Source of the DNA: a virus
Virus record (IMG/VR): IMGVR_UViG_3300017752_002639
Location: 7,919-71,918 of that record
Direction: 5' to 3' (one strand)
Length of the DNA stretch: 64,000 nucleotides
The position numbers and the translations under genes were made by a program. Below are positions 32,413-42,739 of this stretch, piece after piece. The stretch's first letter is position 1, and each line of letters starts with the position of its first letter. A model generated the notes under the pieces. It was not told the DNA's origin and searched no databases. It saw only the letters and a list, made by a program, of their open reading frames with translations.

Positions 32413-32978
32413 TGGAGCAAACGTTTTATTTAAACTTTGAAGAAGATACTGGTCATATATGGAAAGCTACGAACGAATGTGACGACTCAACTCCGTATAT
32501 AGAAGTTGATGCAGAAACTTGCTCTCAGTTTACAACTGGTGCAAAAGACATGAACGATTATATTATCATTCCTTCGTTAACTGACAAAAAGTTTGAAATT
32601 AAATTTAAACACAGAGACCTAACAGAATTTGATGTAGATAAAAGCATACATAGAATAGAGATAAGCAATACAGATGATCATAAAAATGCATTTATGATTA
32701 TACAAGAAAATGGATATTGGACAATTAAACTTTCTAAGCATATGCAGGAAACACTTACGTCTACAGCATATTATAAGGATAAAACCCAATTAATATATGT
32801 AACAAAGAAAAATGACCCCAATATTTTACTAGACACAATGACAATAAAGTTGTATAATGTATTGTATAATGATGAATATAGACTAGAGAATCAAGATGTT
32901 AATGTAGCCAAAAGTAATGATGTTAGTTTATTTTGTGGTAAAGTATTTGAAGAATATAAACATGTGGTGAGAGTATGA
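32412..32978 (+). CDS. Hypothetical protein
   Basis: 188-aa ORF coupled to both neighbours; no motif recognised. Confidence 0.7.
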   Translation: MEQTFYLNFEEDTGHIWKATNECDDSTPYIEVDAETCSQFTTGAKDMNDYIIIPSLTDKKFEIKFKHRDLTEFDVDKSIHRIEISNTDDHKNAFMIIQENGYWTIKLSKHMQETLTSTAYYKDKTQLIYVTKKNDPNILLDTMTIKLYNVLYNDEYRLENQDVNVAKSNDVSLFCGKVFEEYKHVVRV

Positions 32979-33865
32979 GTATAAAAGTTGTAGACCAAGA
33001 TATTATATTTCTGTCGTATGATGAGCCTAATGCAGAAAAGAACTATGCAGACTTGTGTAGTAAAATTCCGTGGGCAAAACGTGTACATGGAGTAGAAGGC
33101 TCAGATGCCGCACACAAAGCGTGTGCTGACCTAAGTGAAACAGAATATTTTGTTACTGTAGATGCAGACAATATTGTTGATCCAGAATTTTTAAATCAAG
33201 TAGTTGATTATGAAGCATTAGGACTATCAGCAGAACATGTGTTTAGTTGGTGTGGCAAGTTACATGTTAACGGACTAATGTACGGCAACGGCGGATTAAA
33301 AATGTGGACACGTAAGTTTGTACATAGTATGAAAACACACGAACACTCAGAAGAGGGCGATGAACGTGGTAAAGTAGAATTTTGTTTTGATGACAAGTAT
33401 TATCAGTTTAATGATAACTTCAGCACTTCTTATACTAATGCAACACCGTGGCAGGCATGGAGAGCAGGCTTTCGAGAAGGTGTCAAGATGTCTTTGGATC
33501 AAGGTGCTAAAGTAGATGACCTTCGTAAGGTGTGGTGGCAGAATTATCAACGTTTGCTTATTTGGAGTCAAGTAGGTGCAGATGTTAGACATGGTATATG
33601 GAGTATACTAGGTGCGAGGCAAGGCTGTTATCTAACAAATTGTACACCTTGGGATTATGCTAATGTACGTGACTTTGAATGGCTAAACAACTTTTGGGAA
33701 ACAGAAGTAAAAGATGTAGATCCACTTGAAACATCTATTCATTTAGGAACTGAGATACTAAAAGGCACAGGTGCCGATATATCTACTACACCTCTTGATG
33801 AACAACAAAGTAAGTTTTTTAAAAGTGTATATCAAAACACTCCAAGGATAATTAGGACTAAATGA
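32975..33865 (+). CDS. GT-A (GT2-like) glycosyltransferase-like protein
   Basis: 'IIFLSYDEP...RVHGVEGSDAAH...FVTVDADN' DxD motif; paralog of 42062. Confidence 0.6.
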   Translation: MSIKVVDQDIIFLSYDEPNAEKNYADLCSKIPWAKRVHGVEGSDAAHKACADLSETEYFVTVDADNIVDPEFLNQVVDYEALGLSAEHVFSWCGKLHVNGLMYGNGGLKMWTRKFVHSMKTHEHSEEGDERGKVEFCFDDKYYQFNDNFSTSYTNATPWQAWRAGFREGVKMSLDQGAKVDDLRKVWWQNYQRLLIWSQVGADVRHGIWSILGARQGCYLTNCTPWDYANVRDFEWLNNFWETEVKDVDPLETSIHLGTEILKGTGADISTTPLDEQQSKFFKSVYQNTPRIIRTK

Positions 33866-35235
33866 GTAACGAACAGCGTATAAAAATACTAGAAGAAAAG
33901 CGTGAGAAAATTAACAATGTAAGTTGTTCATTCTGTACGGCTAAATGGTTACAAACTACGCTACTATTACAGAATGGTTACAATCACAGTTGCCATCATC
34001 CTGCTCCACATAAGATTCCGTTGCATGAAATTGAAGCTGATCCAGCCGCATTACATAATAGTAGACACAAAAAGAAAATGCGTAAAATGATGCTAGAAGG
34101 CAACCGCCCAAGTGAATGTGGGTATTGCTGGAAAATTGAAGATTTAGATAAAGACTATTTTAGTGACAGGCATTATAAAACAAGTGATACTTGGGCTTGG
34201 GATAAATTTGAAGACATTGCTAAAAGTAATTGGCAAGACAATGTGTATCCAAGTTACTTAGAAGTTTCATTTAGTAATGCGTGTAATTTTGCTTGTGCAT
34301 ATTGTTCACCTGAGATTAGTAGTAAATGGATGGAGGATATAAAACAAAACGGAGAGTATCCAACTACACACGGTTCACATAATTTAGACTATTTAGAAAA
34401 GTCTGGTAAAATGCCTTACAAGAATAGAGAACATAATCCATATGTTGAAGCGTTTTGGAAATGGTTTCCTGATGCACTACCTCATTTAAAAGTATTGCGT
34501 ATTACAGGTGGCGAACCTACTATGTCAAAAGATACTTGGAAGTTATTAGATTATCTTACTGAAAACCCACGCAAAGGTTTAGACATATCAATTAACACCA
34601 ATGGGTGTGTTGAAGATAAACTAATTGACAAACTAATTTTAAAAGTTAATCAACTTGCTGAAGTAGGTGTAAAGGTTGATGTATACACTAGTTTAGAAAG
34701 CACAGGCGCACAGGCTGAATATGCTCGTGACGGACTTGACTATATAAAATGGTTAGACAACGTAGATAAAATATTAAAAGAAACAAAGTCGTCAGTTGCA
34801 ATTATGACAACAGTTAATATTCTTAGCTTGCCAACATTCATTGACTTTATAATGACTGTTATAGATTTTAGAAAAACATACAACACTAGTTTTGAAGTAA
34901 ACAGAATACCACTAAGTGTTAACATAATGCATTGGCCACCACATTTACAATGCACACTATTAGATAAAGAAGAAAGAATACCATATGCAGAAACTATTGA
35001 AAAGTTTTGCGAAACATGGTTAAAATATTATAGAAAAGACAAATTTGCTAGAATATATCTTGAGGAGTTTGATCAAATACAAAGGTTATGTGATTATTTG
35101 CGTACAACAGAATCAGCAACTGAACACAGAGCTGACTTTGTAAGATACATACATGCATACGATAAGAGAAGAAATAAAAACTTTGTGGAAACGTTCCCAC
35201 AATACATAACACATTTAGAGGAATGGAATGGCTAA
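33862..35235 (+). CDS. Radical SAM enzyme 1, N-terminal twitch/SPASM-like domain (SCHHP type)
   Basis: CNFACAYC, ITGGEP; N-terminal FCTAKW...SCHHP...CGYCW. Confidence 0.88.
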   Translation: MSNEQRIKILEEKREKINNVSCSFCTAKWLQTTLLLQNGYNHSCHHPAPHKIPLHEIEADPAALHNSRHKKKMRKMMLEGNRPSECGYCWKIEDLDKDYFSDRHYKTSDTWAWDKFEDIAKSNWQDNVYPSYLEVSFSNACNFACAYCSPEISSKWMEDIKQNGEYPTTHGSHNLDYLEKSGKMPYKNREHNPYVEAFWKWFPDALPHLKVLRITGGEPTMSKDTWKLLDYLTENPRKGLDISINTNGCVEDKLIDKLILKVNQLAEVGVKVDVYTSLESTGAQAEYARDGLDYIKWLDNVDKILKETKSSVAIMTTVNILSLPTFIDFIMTVIDFRKTYNTSFEVNRIPLSVNIMHWPPHLQCTLLDKEERIPYAETIEKFCETWLKYYRKDKFARIYLEEFDQIQRLCDYLRTTESATEHRADFVRYIHAYDKRRNKNFVETFPQYITHLEEWNG

Positions 35236-36676
35236 AAAACCTGATGAATCTCTACAACAGTATAGAGATAGAGTACTAGATAGCAAAAGCAAAAGTTTTT
35301 GCGGAGCCAAATGGTATAACGCTACTACATGGTTAGGTAGTGGAACAACAGCTAGTTGTCATCATCCACCTGCGCATCAAATTCCATTAATTGAAATACA
35401 AGACAATCCGTCTGCAATTCATAATACTAAGCATAAAAAAGAAATGCGCCGTATGATGCAAAAAGGCGAGCGTCCACGCGAGTGTGAATATTGCTGGAAG
35501 ATGGAAGACATGAAAAAGGATGCTGTTAGCGACAGAACTTTTAAAAGTATTATCTACTCTGACGAAGAATTACAACAAGCATATGAAGCAGATGCAAACG
35601 AAAATACTAATCTTAAAACTTTTGAGATTGCATTTGATAGAACTTGTAACTTAGCATGTAGTTATTGTAATGCAAGTTTCTCAACTACATGGGCAAAAGA
35701 CATCAAGAAGAATGGCCCGTACGAAAATTTAGTTAGTGATGGCGCAGGCGCCTTTCATCAAGACGGTAGTTGGGCGGCACCATATGACAACGATGAAGAC
35801 AATCCGTACATACAAGCATTTTGGAAATGGTGGGAAAGCGGCCTAGCAGATAGTTTAGAAGAACTACGTGTTACAGGTGGCGAACCTTTAATGAGTGGAA
35901 ATACTTGGAAATTGTTTGATTGGTTTAATGCACAAGATACTAATATGCGTTTTGCTATTAACAGTAATCTAATTGCTAAAGATAGCATTATTGATAAGTT
36001 AATTGATAAGACAAAGGGTATGAAGCACTTTGATTTATATACAAGTTGCGAAGCAGTTGGTGAACAAGCAGAATATATACGTGATGGTTTAGATTACGAC
36101 ATGTGGCTAAGAAATACTAAAAGGTTACTTACTGAAGGTAACTGTAACAATATTAATATTATGATGACTATTAATAGCTTGTCGTTGTTTAGTATTACAG
36201 AATTTTTAGACGAAGTGTATAAACTAAAAGAACTTACACAAAGTAGAACACCAACAGTTAGTGTAAACTTATTGCGCTTTCCTAGTTTCCAAAGTCCGTT
36301 AGCATTACCTAATCATATCAAAGACTATTGCCATAACAAACTAAACACTTGGTGGCAAGAACGTAAAGACGATATTGGCTGGCACGAATTTGAAAAGGCA
36401 AGTATTGAACGTTTGATAGATTACTTAGTAACTGTAGATGCTCCGCATAGACGTACAAGTAATCCTACTACATTATGGCGTGACTTTAAAACATTCTATC
36501 AACAGTATGATGTACGCAGAAACAAAAGTATATATGTGTTTCCTAAAATATTAACAGATTGGATTGAAAGTATTCCTAGTACTGATATTGAAGTACAAGC
36601 ACTTGCAGAAAAAGAAGGTTGGATATTAAAACCTGACAATAAAAATATAGACGAGCCTTTAGCAAAGTATGATTAA
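35228..36676 (+). CDS. Radical SAM enzyme 2, N-terminal twitch-like domain (SCHHP type)
   Basis: CNLACSYC, VTGGEP; FCGAKW...SCHHP...CEYCW. Confidence 0.88.
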   Translation: MAKKPDESLQQYRDRVLDSKSKSFCGAKWYNATTWLGSGTTASCHHPPAHQIPLIEIQDNPSAIHNTKHKKEMRRMMQKGERPRECEYCWKMEDMKKDAVSDRTFKSIIYSDEELQQAYEADANENTNLKTFEIAFDRTCNLACSYCNASFSTTWAKDIKKNGPYENLVSDGAGAFHQDGSWAAPYDNDEDNPYIQAFWKWWESGLADSLEELRVTGGEPLMSGNTWKLFDWFNAQDTNMRFAINSNLIAKDSIIDKLIDKTKGMKHFDLYTSCEAVGEQAEYIRDGLDYDMWLRNTKRLLTEGNCNNINIMMTINSLSLFSITEFLDEVYKLKELTQSRTPTVSVNLLRFPSFQSPLALPNHIKDYCHNKLNTWWQERKDDIGWHEFEKASIERLIDYLVTVDAPHRRTSNPTTLWRDFKTFYQQYDVRRNKSIYVFPKILTDWIESIPSTDIEVQALAEKEGWILKPDNKNIDEPLAKYD

Positions 36677-38018
36677 TTTGTACTACGATACATTAGGTGA
36701 CGACACCGTACCTATTCCTAACGGAACAAAACTTTGGGAGTATGGTGTAAACACTAAACGTATTCCTAAAGCAGTTGATGCACATTTAATAGTACATGAG
36801 TATACATACTTTTTTAATTGTATAAAAGCATTAGGATCTCCGTTTCAGTTATTCACTGGCAAGGAAGATTGTAATAATTTATTCTATCCTTTAGAATTAA
36901 ATCCTCAACATGCATTAAAAGAAGATGAAGATATATTAGATTATATTCCAACCAAATCTATTAAACGTATTAGTAAAGGCAAAATGAAGATGTTATTGCT
37001 TATGCCTTCTATTAGTAGCGATTATAGATATGTTTGGAAGTTGCGTAAAAAAATAGATAATCTTACCGGTTCAGGTATTCCACGTGAACAAATATATGTT
37101 GTGCTAGGAGATATAAATCAAACATACAGAAACTTACTAAACACAAAGAATGTATTTGGTATAGACTGGAATCAAATTTATATGCAAATTGCACTAAAGG
37201 CAAGATATGCAATGGAAGATTTTAGATGGGTATTTAATAATGCTTTTGCCGCGTGGCCAGGTAAAGAAAAACTAAAAGCTGAACAATTTGATATAGATAA
37301 CTGGAACCCTAAAAGATTGTATTCTGCGTTTACTGGCAAAGCAACGTTACATAATACGTGTTTTGTATCTGATTTAAAATATCACGGATTAGATAACTTA
37401 GGAAAATACAGTTATAATATTGGATATGAAAATGTTAATCATAACTATAAAGATTTTAGAATAACTGATAGATCTAAAGGCGAAGAGTTTATTGAAACTA
37501 AGAAACATTTTGTTAAAAATCTCTCTAAGAAAACAATTATTATGGATATGACATTTGATCAAAAGCGGCACAACGGAAATGATCAATATATTAATAAGTC
37601 AATATACGAAGACAGCCTTATTAATATTGTAAGTGATAATTGGATGCCAATGATGGATGAAAATTATTTAGACGAAACTAATGTACTTGCACCAGGAAAA
37701 TTTATATGGTTGCAAATAGCCAAAGCTCACCCCTTTATGGTGCTAGGGTGCTTAAATACAATTAACTATATTACAAATCAAGGATATTTTTCTAATAACT
37801 TTTTAGTTAATGAAGATTATGATAGAGTATCTAGTATTACAAAGACATCAGAAATGATTTGTAATAATTTAAAAATATTAAACGAGCTTACAGACAGCGA
37901 AATTAGAGATAAAATGGAATTTATAAAACCTTACTTAAAAAAGAATAAAGAAAAGTTTTTTGAAAGACCTAATAAGCGAAAGTTTAATTTACTATTTGAA
38001 GAGATGAAATATGAGTAA
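36669..38018 (+). CDS. Hypothetical protein, possibly glycosyltransferase-related
   Basis: C-terminal 'LINIVSD...IAKAHPFMVLG...QGYF...NEDYD' loosely resembles GT10/exostosin-like tails; the canonical TEK motif is absent. Confidence 0.35.
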   Translation: MINLYYDTLGDDTVPIPNGTKLWEYGVNTKRIPKAVDAHLIVHEYTYFFNCIKALGSPFQLFTGKEDCNNLFYPLELNPQHALKEDEDILDYIPTKSIKRISKGKMKMLLLMPSISSDYRYVWKLRKKIDNLTGSGIPREQIYVVLGDINQTYRNLLNTKNVFGIDWNQIYMQIALKARYAMEDFRWVFNNAFAAWPGKEKLKAEQFDIDNWNPKRLYSAFTGKATLHNTCFVSDLKYHGLDNLGKYSYNIGYENVNHNYKDFRITDRSKGEEFIETKKHFVKNLSKKTIIMDMTFDQKRHNGNDQYINKSIYEDSLINIVSDNWMPMMDENYLDETNVLAPGKFIWLQIAKAHPFMVLGCLNTINYITNQGYFSNNFLVNEDYDRVSSITKTSEMICNNLKILNELTDSEIRDKMEFIKPYLKKNKEKFFERPNKRKFNLLFEEMKYE

Positions 38019-39276
38019 TGATCTAAAAAACAGTCCTAACTTTTGTGTAGCACCTTGGATGCACTTACATGTTATTAACGATGGTAGGTCATTTGCATGT
38101 TGTCAAACACCATTGCGTGATGAAAATAGTTTTGGTAATGTAAAAACACAAACACTAGACGAAGTTATGAATAGTGATCTTGCTAAGAAAATGCGTAAAG
38201 ATATGCTAGACGGAAAACCGTTACCTAGTGCATGTGAGCGTTGTGTAAATAAACAAGCCAATAATATGAATACTATGCGTACTGGATTAAATTCTAAATG
38301 GTATGATAGAACTAAAGATGTTATTGCTACAACAGCAGACGATGGTACACTTCCTAAGCCTAAATTAAAATACTGGGATTTTAGATTTAGCAACTATTGT
38401 AACCTAGCATGTACAACTTGTTCACCTTTGTTTAGTACACAGTGGGCAAACGACTTTCAAAAATTACATCCAGGTGCAGACAAATATAGTGAAACTAAAC
38501 TTATTGACCTAACTGAAGCAAATGTATTTTGGGACGATATTGAAAACAATATTGACTCAATGGAAGAAATACACTTTGCTGGCGGCGAACCATTAATCAT
38601 GCCTGAGCATTTACGCATACTTAAACTTCTTGATGCACAAGAAAAGTTTGATGTTGAATTGCGTTATAGTACTAATGGTACAACACTTGGTCAAAAAAAG
38701 TATGACTATTTAGAATGGTGGAAGAAATTTAAATATGTACACCTTAGTCTTAGCATTGATGGCGCAGGCGATGCGTTTGAACACATTAGATATAAAGGCA
38801 AATGGGACGTTACACTTGCAAACCTTAAAAAGATTAGAGCAAGCGGAGCCGCAGATTATTGGTTCCATCCAACTGTCAGTGTACTAAACATTTTCCGACT
38901 AACTGAGCTACATGAAGTATTACATAAAAATGATCTAATGCCGCTGGAAGCAATTCATCCACAGCGTGGGTTTCATATGGAAAATTACTGGGTTGATAGA
39001 TTTCATATCAATCCATTGTTTACGCCAAACTATTACAGCATTACAGTTATGCCAGAATTATTAAAAGAGCAAGCCGCTGATAAGATTACAAAGTATGGCA
39101 AGAAATTAGAAGCTGATACAGGTATACCGTTTAGTGGTTGGCAAGCAGTTATTGACTTTATGTACCAAGAAGACAAGAGTATGTTATGGAATCAATTTAA
39201 ATGGAAAAGCAAACAAATTGATGATGTAAGAGGCACTAATGTATATGCTATAAACCCTGAGTTCAAAGATGCTTAG
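38011..39276 (+). CDS. Radical SAM enzyme 3, N-terminal twitch domain (CC type)
   Basis: CNLACTTC, FAGGEP; FCVAPW...ACC...CERC. Confidence 0.88.
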   Translation: MSNDLKNSPNFCVAPWMHLHVINDGRSFACCQTPLRDENSFGNVKTQTLDEVMNSDLAKKMRKDMLDGKPLPSACERCVNKQANNMNTMRTGLNSKWYDRTKDVIATTADDGTLPKPKLKYWDFRFSNYCNLACTTCSPLFSTQWANDFQKLHPGADKYSETKLIDLTEANVFWDDIENNIDSMEEIHFAGGEPLIMPEHLRILKLLDAQEKFDVELRYSTNGTTLGQKKYDYLEWWKKFKYVHLSLSIDGAGDAFEHIRYKGKWDVTLANLKKIRASGAADYWFHPTVSVLNIFRLTELHEVLHKNDLMPLEAIHPQRGFHMENYWVDRFHINPLFTPNYYSITVMPELLKEQAADKITKYGKKLEADTGIPFSGWQAVIDFMYQEDKSMLWNQFKWKSKQIDDVRGTNVYAINPEFKDA

Positions 39277-40117
39277 AGGTAATGCGTTTCTTCCTTATCT
39301 TATGAGCTCGCCGGCTAATGTAAAGTCGCTCGAGTACCTAAGAACATTTGGTGTAGGCGAAGTGCTTACTAAATCAGTTAAAAATTTAAAAACAAAACTA
39401 CCGTTCGTTAAACCAAAAGCATATGAAACGTTAGCTATTAATCAAGCAGAACAAGATATACTAGATCCTAATACTGATTGGAAATATTACATTAACAAGT
39501 ATGGATTTAGAAATGAATGGGACTTAGACTCTAAAAAAGAAAAAATAGGATTCTTTGGATGTAGTTTTACATTTGGTGAAGGTATTCACAATGACGATAC
39601 GTTTGTTAACATTGTTAGCAACACACTACATATGAGTCCTATAAATTTAGGAGTTGGTGGATCAGGATTAGAAAGAACTACTAGAACTTTTGCCGCGGCC
39701 ACTAAAGTAATAGACTTTGATTATGCAGTTGTAACATTGCCTGCATGGTTCCGTCAACTACATGTAACTAAAGAAGGAAAGTTAATTAATATTATTCCTT
39801 ATTATCCTCATAATGATTTTGAAAAGTTAAATGAAATATATTCATCATTTGATGAAGACTTTTTTGTTAATCAAGCAATAACATATATTAATTGGATAGG
39901 AGATATTGCAACAGCAAATAATATAAAGTTAATTTTATGCTCCTGGGATCATCCATTAAATGAATTATGTCAATTAATTTATCCAGATATTACTATAGAT
40001 CCTTTTCCTAATATTGATGACAAGTGTGCAAGAGATAAAATGCACCCTGGTCCAAAGTCTCAAGCGGCACACGCAGAGCAAATTATAAAGGCATTTGATG
40101 ATAGAGCTTGGGTTTAG
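39269..40117 (+). CDS. SGNH/GDSL-fold protein (putative acyltransferase or esterase)
   Basis: Block I 'FFGCSFTFG', block II 'NLGVGGSG', block V 'DKMHPG'. Confidence 0.6.
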   Translation: MLRGNAFLPYLMSSPANVKSLEYLRTFGVGEVLTKSVKNLKTKLPFVKPKAYETLAINQAEQDILDPNTDWKYYINKYGFRNEWDLDSKKEKIGFFGCSFTFGEGIHNDDTFVNIVSNTLHMSPINLGVGGSGLERTTRTFAAATKVIDFDYAVVTLPAWFRQLHVTKEGKLINIIPYYPHNDFEKLNEIYSSFDEDFFVNQAITYINWIGDIATANNIKLILCSWDHPLNELCQLIYPDITIDPFPNIDDKCARDKMHPGPKSQAAHAEQIIKAFDDRAWV

Positions 40118-41063
40118 AAACATTAAAGATGAAGTGAAATATATTCATATCAAACCACACGATACTGAGTTAGCAAACGTATGGCTAACACAATTTGATA
40201 GATTACTTGAAACCCATCAAAAAAAGATATTCCAAAAAAATTTTAGTCTATTAGGATTGCACAATAACTACAGAACATTAGAACACATCTGTGATGATTT
40301 AGATAGAAGTATTGCAACTATAAACTACTATTCAGACTATAAAATTGAAGATAACTTTGGTGCATTACGTTATGGATACAATCAAATATTATTAAACGTG
40401 CTACATCATCATTTTGAAACAGCACAAGGCCAACTATGGAACCCTAGTAGTGTATTAGCAAATGCTAACGGAAAAACTAGATTAGCAATTTGTTATCTAA
40501 ACCATTGCTGTCACGAACTTGAAGCATGGTACGAAACAACAGATATAGAAGCAGACGGATATCGCAATGGTTACTTTTACTATAATCTGCTAGGCATACA
40601 AGAACGCATCGAATTAGATCCAAAGTTTAAAAAGTATTTTACTAAAGACGTTGAAGACGGTATGGTATATTTGCATTACGCACAAACAGGTAAAACTTGG
40701 TACGAAGCATACCTTGACAATGATGATGTAGTTACAGCAGATGGTATTTCTGAACATCGTGTAATTAGCGGTGAATTTAATTTTTACTTTGGCACAGGAT
40801 ATGAGCTACCATCAGACGATAAGTTTACAAGTTGGTTAGAGTCAAAAGGTGTTGATCCTAAGGATGAACAACTAGCACTAGGATATGCACCAGTTGGTAA
40901 AATACAAAACTTACCTGATTTAGAAGCACAAGAATTTTTTAAAGAGTACACAGACTTTTATAGTATTGAGTATAACAACAAAAGAATAGAATATGACTTT
41001 AGACACAACGATGAAAATTATATTAATCTACTTACAGAGATTTGGGATAAGTGGGGACAATGA
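40095..41063 (+). CDS. Hypothetical protein (His/Cys-containing)
   Basis: 322-aa coupled ORF; 'LHHHFE' and 'LNHCCHELE' may bind metal; no family recognised. Confidence 0.65.
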   Translation: MMIELGFRNIKDEVKYIHIKPHDTELANVWLTQFDRLLETHQKKIFQKNFSLLGLHNNYRTLEHICDDLDRSIATINYYSDYKIEDNFGALRYGYNQILLNVLHHHFETAQGQLWNPSSVLANANGKTRLAICYLNHCCHELEAWYETTDIEADGYRNGYFYYNLLGIQERIELDPKFKKYFTKDVEDGMVYLHYAQTGKTWYEAYLDNDDVVTADGISEHRVISGEFNFYFGTGYELPSDDKFTSWLESKGVDPKDEQLALGYAPVGKIQNLPDLEAQEFFKEYTDFYSIEYNNKRIEYDFRHNDENYINLLTEIWDKWGQ

Positions 41064-42043
41064 GTAACGTACCTAATTTAGAAAGAGCTGTAGTAGAAGT
41101 ATTTGGCGGCTGTAATTACAAATGTCAAATGTGTCCACAAACTACCGGACGTGGCAAAGACTGGACACGTAAGATGCCATTTGATATGTTTGAAGATATA
41201 TTAGATCAGTTGCCAGGTAAGCCTGTGATTAACTTAGAAGGTTCAGGTGAACCAACAATGGCAAAGGATTTACCACGTTACATTGAAGCATGTACTAAGC
41301 GTGGCTTGCCTAGTTTTATGTACAGCAACGGAAGTTTCTTTAGCGGACACTTTATGCAGGACTGTATTGATGCAGGACTTAGTTTTGCAAGATTTAGTTG
41401 TATAGGCTACGACAAAGACAAGTATAAAGAATGGATGGCAATTGATAATTTTGAACTACTAAAAACAAATGTTATAAAAGCAAAACAGTATATTAAAGAA
41501 ACTAATAGCAAGTGCGAAATAAGTAGTTACCATTTAATACTAGACAACAATCAAATTGAATATGAAGTTGATCAATATAGAAATAACTTTATAGGTCCTA
41601 CTGGCACAGTAGGGTACATATGGAAAATGCACAATTGGAGTGGCAACTATCAACCATTATATGTGCGTGACCCTAGTAAACGTAGAACATGTGGCAGACC
41701 ATTTGCTCCAGAGATTACAATACGCTCAGGCGGCATTGCTGGATTGAAAGGTGCTGTTACTCCTTGCTGTCAAACAATGGGACCACCTAACGAAAGTAAA
41801 AGTGTACTAGGACATACACAAATACAAACTATAGAAGAAATATGGTATGGAGACGAATACAACAACCTTCGCAAAGCACATGAAATGAAAGACTTTGATA
41901 GTATAGATTATTGTAAGGACTGTGATTTTTTATATGAAGATCCTGAAGTATTAGTTTGGAGTAACGACAAAAAAGCAAGCACAGATCATATGTTAGGTAC
42001 AAACTTTAGTTTGCGTGATTTTATGATTGACAACAACAAGTAG
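41051..42043 (+). CDS. Radical SAM enzyme 4 with C-terminal SPASM/twitch domain
   Basis: CNYKCQMC, GSGEP; C-terminal CGRPF...PCC...CKDC. Confidence 0.88.
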   Translation: MGTMSNVPNLERAVVEVFGGCNYKCQMCPQTTGRGKDWTRKMPFDMFEDILDQLPGKPVINLEGSGEPTMAKDLPRYIEACTKRGLPSFMYSNGSFFSGHFMQDCIDAGLSFARFSCIGYDKDKYKEWMAIDNFELLKTNVIKAKQYIKETNSKCEISSYHLILDNNQIEYEVDQYRNNFIGPTGTVGYIWKMHNWSGNYQPLYVRDPSKRRTCGRPFAPEITIRSGGIAGLKGAVTPCCQTMGPPNESKSVLGHTQIQTIEEIWYGDEYNNLRKAHEMKDFDSIDYCKDCDFLYEDPEVLVWSNDKKASTDHMLGTNFSLRDFMIDNNK

Positions 42044-42055
42044 AGGCTGTATAAT
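42027..42055 (+). promoter_or_regulatory. Perfect sigma70 consensus promoter; predicted +1 at or next to ATG 42062
   Basis: TTGACA (42027-32), 17 nt, TATAAT (42050-55), 6 nt, ATG. Confidence 0.75.
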
Positions 42056-42061
42056 ATATAA

Positions 42062-42739
42062 ATGTATGACATCGTATTCATAAGTTATAATGAGCCTAAT
42101 GCAGATGCAAATTGGGAACTAGTAAAATATAGGTTTCCAAGAGCAAAGCGTGTTGATGGCGTAAAAGGAATTCACCAAGCACACATTGCCGCCGCTAAAA
42201 AATGTTTTACTAAAATGTTTTGGGTTGTAGATGCAGATGCAAAAATATTAGATAGTTTTAAATTTGATCACAAAGTAGATGAGTACGATTTAGAAACTGT
42301 ACATGTGTGGCGCAGTCGTAATCCAGTAAATGATTTACTATACGGATATGGCGGAGTGAAGTTGTTACCACGTAAACTTACACTAAACATGGATACAACA
42401 AAGCCAGACATGACTACAAGTATTAGTGAGTATTTTAAAGCAATGCCTGAAACATCTAATGTTACAGCATTTAATACAAATGAGTTTGAAGCATGGAAGG
42501 GTGCATTTAGAGAATGTACCAAACTAGCAAGTAAAACTATAGACAGACAAAACGAGGATGAGACAAATGAAAGATTACGAGTTTGGACAACAGTGGGAGA
42601 AGACCGTCCCTTCGGCGAGTACGCTATTAAAGGTGCTATTGCTGGCCGGGAGTATGGGCTTTCTAGCGGCGTTGATATTCGCCTAATAAACGACTTTGAT
42701 TGGTTACATGAACAATTTTCAAAACATACCATGGGATAA
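42062..42739 (+). CDS. GT-A (GT2-like) glycosyltransferase-like protein (paralog of 32975)
   Basis: 'DIVFISYNEP...RVDGVKGIHQAH...FWVVDADA'. Confidence 0.6.
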   Translation: MYDIVFISYNEPNADANWELVKYRFPRAKRVDGVKGIHQAHIAAAKKCFTKMFWVVDADAKILDSFKFDHKVDEYDLETVHVWRSRNPVNDLLYGYGGVKLLPRKLTLNMDTTKPDMTTSISEYFKAMPETSNVTAFNTNEFEAWKGAFRECTKLASKTIDRQNEDETNERLRVWTTVGEDRPFGEYAIKGAIAGREYGLSSGVDIRLINDFDWLHEQFSKHTMG

